Source: Candidatus Hydrogenedentota bacterium (GTDB lineage: Bacteria; Hydrogenedentota; Hydrogenedentia; Hydrogenedentales; SLHB01). From it: a DNA stretch of 10,547 nucleotides. The translations under genes and the position numbers were made by a program. Location: contig BTWA01000071.1 of NCBI GenBank assembly GCA_045863295.1, forward strand, positions 1 to 10,547, in the 5' to 3' direction. The notes below the pieces were generated by a model that was not told the DNA's origin, searched no databases, and worked only from the letters and a program-made list of their open reading frames with translations. This document shows positions 1-6,634 of the stretch, one piece after another (positions within the stretch are counted from its first letter, which is position 1; every line of letters begins with the position of its first letter).

Positions 1-282
1 AATACACGTACTACATGTAATGCAAACCCGATTTCTTAGTTTGCCTTTCCGAGTGGCCAAGGTAGATTCACCGAACGGTCGCAAGGCTTCGCAACTGTGT
101 TTCACGCAAGTCAGCTTGACGATCGCTCGTCTTTGGCACGGACCACGTGCGCCTCAAGCGAAAACGTCGGGCGGAGGTTGATCGTTGGGTTGAGCGCCAA
201 TCACTCTTGAAACACTCTCAATCTCCCTGCCGCTTCACCAGTGTACGGACGGCGTGGTACGCCGGCCGCAGGAGCGGCTTCA

Positions 283-1200
283 ATGGCGATCAATCAGCAA
301 AGCAAGCGGGTCCTTCGGGACTTGGCCGACTATCGCATCCTGAGCACCTCGCATATCGCGCACCTTTACGGGCGAGGGCGCCGATCGGCTCGCGGCACCA
401 TAGAGAGTCTCTGCAAACGGGGCTACGCGGAATCGTTGCCGGGATTCTCGGGCGAGAGCGGCGGACGCCCGGAGAACGTATTCGGATTGAGCAAGACTGG
501 ACATCGTCTCCTGATCGACGATGGGGTTATTCCTGGTGAGGTCCCCTACGAAGCTGCGTCCGGCCACGCGCTCCTGAAGGAGATCCATCACCAGATGCTC
601 CTCAACTCTGCGCGGATTCATCTCGAATATGCGTGCCGGCAACTGACGCGCCTGGAGTGTCTCTTCTTGACGGCGAATTCCCCGTTCACGTGGAACGCTG
701 ATGATGGTACTTCCTTTGTTCGGGAGGAGGTGGTGTTGCCGGAGAACGGACGAACCAAGGGCCTGGTTCCGGACGCCGTCTTCTTACTGAAGCACCGCCG
801 CTCCTCCGAGGGCGTGCTCTTCTTCCTCGAGGTCGACATGGGTACTGAGCCGTTCACTCGTTCGGACAACGGACAGTCAAATATCCAAGACAAGGTCGCT
901 CGTTACAAAGCCTACTTTTGGTCTGGGGAATACCGGATTAAATACGAGGCGCGTTGGTGGGTTCCCCTACGTGGATTCCGTACGCTCTTTCTCGCCGCGG
1001 ATCAGGGTCGCGCCCGCCAACTGGCCCATCATCTCGCAACGCTCCGCCCGTCAGGTTTCTGCTGGGTGACCGACAAAGACCAAATGGAAGCGCGCGGTAT
1101 CAGCGGCAAGATCTGGCTGACCGGGGACAACTCGGAGCAGACCGAATCCATGTTCGACCACTACGCCGCCGACCTCCCGCTTCCCGCGTTGCGCGACTGA
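283..1200 (+). CDS. Replication-relaxation (Replic_Relax-like) family protein, putative relaxase/replication initiator
   Basis: N-terminal wHTH-like segment (LRDLADYRILSTSHIAHL...LCKRGY...VFGLSKTG), then IHHQMLLN, LVPDAVF and FFLEVDMGTE motifs typical of Replic_Relax proteins. AGGAG SD at 270-274 precedes ATG 283; the ORF track starts at GTG 241. Confidence 0.8.
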   Translation: MAINQQSKRVLRDLADYRILSTSHIAHLYGRGRRSARGTIESLCKRGYAESLPGFSGESGGRPENVFGLSKTGHRLLIDDGVIPGEVPYEAASGHALLKEIHHQMLLNSARIHLEYACRQLTRLECLFLTANSPFTWNADDGTSFVREEVVLPENGRTKGLVPDAVFLLKHRRSSEGVLFFLEVDMGTEPFTRSDNGQSNIQDKVARYKAYFWSGEYRIKYEARWWVPLRGFRTLFLAADQGRARQLAHHLATLRPSGFCWVTDKDQMEARGISGKIWLTGDNSEQTESMFDHYAADLPLPALRD

Positions 1201-1274
1201 TTCGGCGCCACTATGCCTCCGGGCCCTTCAAGTCCTCGCACCCCGCAGTCCAAACCCTTCCCATTTTTAGCCGT

Positions 1275-1358
1275 CCGAAACCTGGCAGGAACCTTCCGAA
1301 ACCCCGTCGATTTCTTGCCGAAACGCATTCAAAACCCTTCCGAATCGTCTGCCGAAAC
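1275..1358 (+). repeat. Phased degenerate direct repeats (CCGAAAC core, about 11-bp period), iteron-like
   Basis: CCGAAAC at 1275, 1296, 1318 and 1352; CCGAATC at 1340; degenerate copies at 1286, 1307 and 1329. A palindrome TTCCG-TTT-CGGAA follows near 1371-1383 and CCGAAAG near 1435. Confidence 0.6.
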
Positions 1359-1523
1359 GCCCAACAAATTTTCCGTTTCGGAATGGGCGCGAGAACGGCA
1401 AAACCCATGGCGTCGCATGGCTTAGGGTACATTTCCGAAAGCCGACTAAATAGAGTATTCGTCTCAATTCATTCTGTTTGGATTGTATCAAGTTCTGGTG
1501 TGGCGGTATTCCTTCACATTGGA

Positions 1524-2033
1524 TCAGCGATACCCCGGTCTGGGGCTCCCTTGGAAAACGTTGAATAGTCGGGGATGGTACTGGCGTTGGAATGCTACGT
1601 AGGGTCGTCCGGATCGGGGCTGTGTTTGTCCGGGTTCAATTGTCTGTCGGAATGCCTGGGCGTAATCCTGTTGTCGTTTGTAGATGGGATCGAGTAGTGG
1701 CCGTGGCCAGTGGTCCAGAAGCGTGATCGGGTAGATTGGAATCGCGTCGATTTTGTTTTCCTCATAGAGTTTCATTTTCGAACGCATTCGTTGGTCGTAG
1801 TAGTGGTATGTGATGCGGCCAAAGTATTCGACGATGATTTCTTCGTTGGGGAGGAGGAAGTCTGGGCGGAGCTTCTTTGTGGTTCCCGAGGCGGTGATCG
1901 TGAGTATGGGTTCGTAGACGTATGGGATGCCGTAGTTGTCGAGGGTGCTGCCAATTCTGCGTTCGCCTTCGGAGCGGTATTCGTGGGTTGATTTGGCTAC
2001 TGTCCATTCCAGGGATTTTGGGTTTGGATTCAT
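1524..2033 (-). CDS. Standalone PD-(D/E)xK restriction-endonuclease-like domain protein
   Basis: YRSEGERRIG..L...GIPYVYEP....LRPDFLLP...IIVEYFG.....Y..RM..K..LY pattern, resembling the nuclease-like domain found at the C-terminus of some UvrD/HelD-type helicases. Confidence 0.7.
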   Translation of the reverse strand: MNPNPKSLEWTVAKSTHEYRSEGERRIGSTLDNYGIPYVYEPILTITASGTTKKLRPDFLLPNEEIIVEYFGRITYHYYDQRMRSKMKLYEENKIDAIPIYPITLLDHWPRPLLDPIYKRQQDYAQAFRQTIEPGQTQPRSGRPYVAFQRQYHPRLFNVFQGSPRPGYR

Positions 2034-2254
2034 CCGCAGGCGTTGCTATCCATAGCTTATTAAAGTTTTGATTTCGCGGAACGGTTTGGGGGAGCTGTCG
2101 GCTTCGATGGTTTGTTTTGGCGTTCCGCGTTTTTGTCGAAGCCGTCTGCTCATTTCCGATGGCGCAGGCGTTCAGCCCGCTGGCGTGTCCTGGTGTCTGG
2201 CTCCGCTGCCGGGGGATTTACCTTCCCCACGGGGTAAATCCCTGGAGGTTGAGC

Positions 2255-2584
2255 ATGAGAGCAACACAAACAAATATTTCCGGCTCGGGTGGTGTACCAA
2301 GGCTTGGCGAGGACGAGGGTTGGTATTTGTGTCCGAGATGTCCCCGGTGTCTGTCCATTGCTGGGCATTGGCGTGGGGTTCGGTTTCGGAAGCGGAAGGG
2401 TCCTGTGCATAGGCGGTGCTGTACGCGGTGCACCCAGTGGTTTTTCGCTGAGTTGGAAAGTGACCTGCCGTTGACGGCCAGTAGAGGTCTGGACGTAGCG
2501 GATGACCTCGCGTTGGACGCGGAGGAATCCAGTGGGGACGTGACGGCTTTAGAGGCGTCGAATGGCGATGTCAGAAGCCGTTGA
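2255..2584 (+). CDS. Small Zn-ribbon protein (CPRC...CTRC) with acidic tail
   Basis: GGAGGT at 2244-2249 before ATG 2255; two CxxC motifs; 109 aa. Confidence 0.55.
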   Translation: MRATQTNISGSGGVPRLGEDEGWYLCPRCPRCLSIAGHWRGVRFRKRKGPVHRRCCTRCTQWFFAELESDLPLTASRGLDVADDLALDAEESSGDVTALEASNGDVRSR

Positions 2585-2728
2585 GCGTCCGAGGAAGCAG
2601 TTGTGCCTGCGTTGCTGGCGACTGTTTTCCGAGCGTGGGGACAGGCAGCCGGTCTGCTATCCCTGTCAGGAGCAGACCCGTCTGCACGAGTTTGTTCAAT
2701 TTGGCCCAAGTGGCCGGAGGTAAACACC

Positions 2729-3001
2729 ATGGAAAAGGAGAAACAAAGACCTGAGAAAAAGTTCCGAGTAGGCGCCATTGCCGCGTCAGTCTGGAAGCGC
2801 GTGAACACCACTTCAGATGGCCGAAGTTTCGAGGCCTATCAGGTGAGTCTGGATAGGACGTGGCTTGACAAGGATGGACAGTACCGCAGCAGCAATACGT
2901 ATGGAATGAATGATATTCCGAAGGCGGTTTTGGCGATGGAGCAGGCGTATGAGTACATCGCCACGAAGTCTTCGGACGGCGATGGCAAGGAACAAGATTA
3001 G
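2729..3001 (+). CDS. Small hypothetical protein, putative PC4/Whirly-like ssDNA-binding fold
   Basis: GGAGGT at 2716-2721 before ATG 2729. Pattern PEKKFRVGAIAASVW...VSLDRTWLDKDGQYRSSNTY..NDIPKAVLAMEQAYEYI gives aromatic beta-strands plus a C-terminal helix. The fold is inferred, not searched. Confidence 0.8.
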   Translation: MEKEKQRPEKKFRVGAIAASVWKRVNTTSDGRSFEAYQVSLDRTWLDKDGQYRSSNTYGMNDIPKAVLAMEQAYEYIATKSSDGDGKEQD

Positions 3002-3031
3002 GGAGGGGCAAATAGGCCTCTTTCCCTCTTT
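3000..3031 (+). terminator. Possible intrinsic terminator or stem-loop
   Basis: AGGGAGGGGC / GCCTCTTTCCCT imperfect stem directly after the stop codon, with a weak T tail. Confidence 0.35.
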
Positions 3032-3107
3032 CGTCGTTTCCAATGAGCAGTTCGCAGTCTCACGGGATTTGCTCGACAGTGCGAAGCAAATCCCGGAGGT
3101 GGGACAA

Positions 3108-3395
3108 ATGACGAAGTACATAAACACGAACGAAAACAAGCCAGCTATGAGCGCTTACTTTGGCAGGTTTCAGGTGAGCGTGTGGGAATGGCGCAAGGTG
3201 GTCAGTGCGCCAGAGTCAGAGAGAGATTTCAAGCCGGAACGTGAATACGTGTGCCGGAGGGCGTGTATCAGGCACAGCCGTTGGGACAAGGTGGTTGGCG
3301 TTTGGGATAGGCAACTCATTTGGTGCAATGAGCACGAGTTGGAGAGCCTGAAGAAGGCCTTGGATATTTTCTTCAGTGAACGGCCGCCAGAGTGA
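3108..3395 (+). CDS. Small hypothetical protein, probable distant paralog of 2729-3001
   Basis: GGAGGT at 3095-3100 before ATG 3108. KP..SAYFGRFQVSVW...RACIRHSRWDK..G.W....IWC...EL..L..AL parallels the preceding protein. Confidence 0.7.
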   Translation: MTKYINTNENKPAMSAYFGRFQVSVWEWRKVVSAPESERDFKPEREYVCRRACIRHSRWDKVVGVWDRQLIWCNEHELESLKKALDIFFSERPPE

Positions 3396-3409
3396 TTCGG
3401 CAGCGTTTG

Positions 3410-3431
3410 CCCCGCCGGGAGCCCGGCGGGG
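3410..3431 (+). other. GC-rich perfect inverted repeat (stem-loop)
   Basis: CCCCGCCGGG (3410-3419) AG CCCGGCGGGG (3422-3431). A second small hairpin CCTGTG-ACTA-CACAGG lies at 3439-3454. Confidence 0.7.
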
Positions 3432-3485
3432 TCACTGGCCTGTGACTACACAGGTTTATATAGCGCGTGATTATTCGCTCCCAGT

Positions 3486-4598
3486 ATGGACTTATTGCTC
3501 CGAGTATGGGACGTGTATCCATGGGCGGTCGATCTCTGCCTCTACTTCTTTCTCTTTGCTGCTGCCGCCCGTGTGTCCTTCGCAAAGATTTACCCTGGCC
3601 ACGAGGGGCGGATGCTTGCCGCCGCGATCGGGATCGTTCTCGCGGCGGGCCTAACCATCGCACAACGCAAGATCGGCTTCTCACTCGAGTCCCTCGGGCC
3701 CATCGCCGCCGTGCTGCTCTGCGTCATTGTCTTCATCGTGGCCTACCGCCTACTGAGCCATTCCGAGCTACCGCCCTGGGTGCGCATCTCGTTCTCCATA
3801 TTCTTTGCATTGGGACTCATTCGCATCGCGCTGCCCGATTACACCTCCCGGTTGATACGTGACAATCCTGGTCTCGTGCTGTTTGCATTGGCGGCGTTGG
3901 CATTTTGGATGTGGCAGAGCGCGTCACAGGGTTCCGAGTTCTTCCGCCGAAGGCTGCCTGGGTTCGCATTGGAGCGATTCAAGATGGTCCCTGAGAGCCA
4001 GACTCTCAGAAAGGAGCACCGGGTCGCGAACAAAAGGCTTAGACACGAGACTGCGGAAAACGTCAAAGAGACCAAGAAGGTTGGCAGCGGTCTGAGCGCA
4101 GCCATACACCTGCTCGAGTCTGGAGGGTTTTCGCCCAAAACCACTCCCAAGATAGTGAAACTTCTCGACGGGGCACGAGCCCAGACCAAGCGTTTGGAAT
4201 CACGGTGTGACAGTGTGCGGCAGGTCGATGAGGCCTTGCAGCGTTTCGATTGGAAGTGGTTCCAGCGCATGCGCAATGTTCACCTCGGACAGTTGACTCC
4301 TGCCCAGCAGGATATTCTCAAACGAAGCGCGCTCGAAGAGCGGCGCCGTTTGAATGTGGAGAGCGTATTGAAGGAACTGGAGACCGATGCTGGCCATCGA
4401 TTGCGCGTATTGGAGCAACACTTGGATAAGGCGGTCGAGAGCATCCGGGCGTCGAACGCCGCGGCTGCCCTGGGTTGGCTTCGGGAAGCGAAGACCGAAG
4501 AAGAGCACTTGTTGCAGATTGAAGAAAAGGTACTGGACCTAGAACGCCGGCTTATACGATTGGTATCGCGGCAGACCAGTGAACAACTTCACCGATAA
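3486..4598 (+). CDS. Membrane protein with about 5 N-terminal TM helices and a long charged helical/coiled-coil C-terminus
   Basis: 370-aa ORF; hydrophobic segments within the first ~145 aa; E/K/R/L-rich helical C-terminal half; no SD. Confidence 0.85.
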   Translation: MDLLLRVWDVYPWAVDLCLYFFLFAAAARVSFAKIYPGHEGRMLAAAIGIVLAAGLTIAQRKIGFSLESLGPIAAVLLCVIVFIVAYRLLSHSELPPWVRISFSIFFALGLIRIALPDYTSRLIRDNPGLVLFALAALAFWMWQSASQGSEFFRRRLPGFALERFKMVPESQTLRKEHRVANKRLRHETAENVKETKKVGSGLSAAIHLLESGGFSPKTTPKIVKLLDGARAQTKRLESRCDSVRQVDEALQRFDWKWFQRMRNVHLGQLTPAQQDILKRSALEERRRLNVESVLKELETDAGHRLRVLEQHLDKAVESIRASNAAAALGWLREAKTEEEHLLQIEEKVLDLERRLIRLVSRQTSEQLHR

Positions 4599-4711
4599 CA
4601 TCTGTGTTCTCCTTTTCGTTTCGTCTTTTGGCAAACTCTATTGCTTCTAGGATGAGCTCTGCGTTTCTTTTGAATCTACCCGGTAGGATTCAAAAGAAAC
4701 GAGGTGAGACC

Positions 4712-5206
4712 ATGGAAATTGCCGCCATCAAACGCATAAGGAAGGGAGACCTTGTACTGTGTGTCGGACGACGGGAGACCGACGGGGAGCGAGTCGTCTC
4801 GCTGGGCAGAATGGGCGAAATCGCGAACAAGAGCACAGACTTCTTCACCGGTCCGGAACTGGATACCCTATTCAGTACGTTGCTGAAAGATAGGCGCAGC
4901 GACTTTCGCATACCCTTCACGTCCAGCCGCGCCGTCGCAAAGGATGACAGCCATTACAGCGAGGAGCGGACGTACTGGGAGATACGCCGCGCCATTGAAG
5001 AAGTACGAGAAGCAGACCTATCTGAGGCGGGCAGTCGAAATAGTCGGGTCACCATGACGGTGGTCAGCCCGATGCCCAAGTTCACATGGGCACACACTTG
5101 CCGAAAATGTGGATGCCACGTCGAATCCCAACTCCGCATGTACGGCACTGCCCTCAAGCTTTGCCCGAACTGCCAGTTTGTTCACGCAGCGTCACCAGGA
5201 GCCTGA
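4712..5206 (+). CDS. Hypothetical protein with C-terminal Zn-ribbon (CRKC...CPNC)
   Basis: GAGGTG at 4701-4706 before ATG 4712; 164 aa; paired CxxC motifs near the C-terminus. Confidence 0.7.
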   Translation: MEIAAIKRIRKGDLVLCVGRRETDGERVVSLGRMGEIANKSTDFFTGPELDTLFSTLLKDRRSDFRIPFTSSRAVAKDDSHYSEERTYWEIRRAIEEVREADLSEAGSRNSRVTMTVVSPMPKFTWAHTCRKCGCHVESQLRMYGTALKLCPNCQFVHAASPGA

Positions 5207-5508
5207 GTTCAACCGCCGCGGTCCAGAGGCGCCGAGCAGCGCTCGCAGCAATACTGCGCTCCTGTTCACCGCACCCACGGTCCTCCTCCGGGAGCCACAA
5301 TAGCCAGGCGCCCGGCACGCCTCCATCGTATCGCGGGTTTTGTTTTCAAGCCGTTGTGTACCTCCGCCGGTTTTCATGGTGTGACCGCGGAAACAGGGAT
5401 TCATTGAGATTTCCCCCTCTCGGGGCCGCCAGGTTTGCCTGAAATCTCATGACCCCGTTCCCTTTACCCGGTCCCATGAAAACCGAACATACGGAGGTAC
5501 ACACGAAA

Positions 5509-5796
5509 ATGAAAACAAACAAAACCCGCGAAGAAGAATTGGCGTGCCGAGCGCCTGAGGACCTCTGGCAAGACGAGAGCGTCTCGCCCGAGGAACTCAT
5601 TCGGCTTGACCCGTGCAATGAGGTGATTGACCTGCTGAAGCTCGCAGGCTTCATTACCCCCATTGACGGGTTCATCGCCGAACTCCCGGAGGACCCGTGG
5701 ACCACGCGGCAAGAGGACCTTTGGCTAAGGACCCTCAAGCCGCTTGGCGGTGAACAGGAGACGCCAGAAGCGTTCTGCAAGAGAGTCCGGGGATAA
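5509..5796 (+). CDS. Small acidic hypothetical protein (95 aa)
   Basis: GGAGGT at 5493-5498, ATG at 5509, stop inside a terminator-like hairpin; no recognisable motif. Confidence 0.55.
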   Translation: MKTNKTREEELACRAPEDLWQDESVSPEELIRLDPCNEVIDLLKLAGFITPIDGFIAELPEDPWTTRQEDLWLRTLKPLGGEQETPEAFCKRVRG

Positions 5797-5815
5797 TCCC
5801 GGCTCTCTTTTTTTT
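5779..5815 (+). terminator. Intrinsic terminator-like hairpin with T-tract
   Basis: AAGAGAG-T-CCGGG GATAAT CCCGG-CTCTCTT running into a T8 tract (5808-5815). Confidence 0.65.
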
Positions 5816-5978
5816 GCTGCGAGCGCTGAAGCGAGCATTGGATTCCCCACTGGAATCCAAGCGCACAAGCGGTTTTCCACTGTCGCGGAAAACCGAAACT
5901 CACTCATGCTGGTGAGTTGGACGCGCTTCTGCTTCCTTGCGTCCGCGGAGCAGAAGCGCTCCGTGGAGGAAGATAATC

Positions 5979-6185
5979 ATGCCGAGGCAAAGGTACGAAG
6001 ATGCCGAATTCAGAATCACGACAATTCTTGGACGAGAGGATTGCCCGAAATGCGGATGCCGCCGCAGCCGAATGGTAAGTGAGCGAATCAGTTGGCGCTA
6101 CAGGGTTGTCATCGAGCAACGAAGGTGCAGCAAATGCGGATACGTCTATGTTGGCGAGCGGGCATATGGAAAACTGATTTGGTGA
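5979..6185 (+). CDS. Small Zn-ribbon protein (CPKC...CSKC), 68 aa
   Basis: GGAGGA at 5965-5970 before ATG 5979; CPKCG and CSKCGY motifs. Confidence 0.7.
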   Translation: MPRQRYEDAEFRITTILGREDCPKCGCRRSRMVSERISWRYRVVIEQRRCSKCGYVYVGERAYGKLIW

Positions 6186-6302
6186 CCCAACCCAAGTCGA
6201 AACAGTATCCGCTGACCCACGCAGGTGTCTAGCCTCTCCTGGAATTGGACAGTCTTGAAATTGGTAAAAGAGACTGAGTCCGACCTAGGAGGAGTAGCAC
6301 GG

Positions 6303-6634
6303 ATGTGCGAAGAGAAACATACCCGGCGTCAGTTTATGTCGGAAGACAAAGCCGCGACGGTGAAGCGGCATGTGGTCGGCGGCGAGGCGGTATCGTCGAT
6401 CTGTGAGGACCTGGGCGTTGCCCCGAACCTGTTCTACCGCTGGCAGCAGGAGTTGTTCGATAACGCGGCGGCGGCCTTCGAGGTGAAGGGCCGGTGCCGG
6501 CGGCCGGATGCCAAGGCGCGCACGCTTGAGCGGGAAAACAAGAAGCTGCGCTCGAAGTTGGCGCACAAAGACAACGTGATCGCGGAGATCACGGAGGATT
6601 ATGTGAAGTTAAAAAAACACTTGGCGAGGGTTGA
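6303..6634 (+). CDS. IS3-family transposase OrfA (HTH). Canonical end at 6634 is reached only by a -1 shift at the A7 tract; in frame it runs to 6818
   Basis: GGAGGAG SD before ATG 6303. RRQF..EDK...V...GGEAVSSICEDLGVAPNLFYRWQ HTH, then a leucine-zipper-like LERENKKLRSKL; A-tract at 6611-6617. Confidence 0.8.

Larger units (their letters stand above)
5237..5828 (+). other. Large nested, branched secondary structure (ssDNA or RNA) enclosing gene 5509-5796
   Basis: Nested helices: 5237-5251/5814-5828 (15 bp), 5259-5272/5747-5760 (14), 5284-5294/5683-5693 (11), 5305-5321/5541-5557 (16 of 17), 5331-5345/5517-5531 (15), 5355-5366/5492-5503 (12), 5368-5379/5474-5485 (12), 5405-5413/5441-5449 (9). 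Confidence 0.85.

Noticed and set aside
1275..1441. CRISPR array
   Set aside because: The repeat core is only 7 bp with an ~11-bp period; there are no 23-47 bp repeats with unique spacers and no cas genes.
954..1568. 204-aa ORF and the small ORFs over 1211-1491
   Set aside because: They overlap the Replic_Relax gene or the repeat tract, have low-complexity R/P/S-rich translations, and show no SD or recognisable motifs.
5346..5903. Minus-strand ORF of 185 aa (likewise 2218-2811 and 2571-3011)
   Set aside because: These are antisense shadows of plus-strand genes that have clear SD sites; they are Ser/Arg-rich with no motifs.
5188..5925. Further outward extension of the large fold (TCACCAG/CTGGTGA, TGAGTT/AACTCA, AACCGC/GCGGTT)
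   Set aside because: The matches are only 6-7 bp and compete with stronger local hairpins at 5838-5918, so they were not counted.
5207..5970. tRNA, tmRNA, group II intron or known riboswitch
   Set aside because: I recognised no T-loop/anticodon cloverleaf, domain V motif or aptamer consensus by eye. An Rfam search is still needed.
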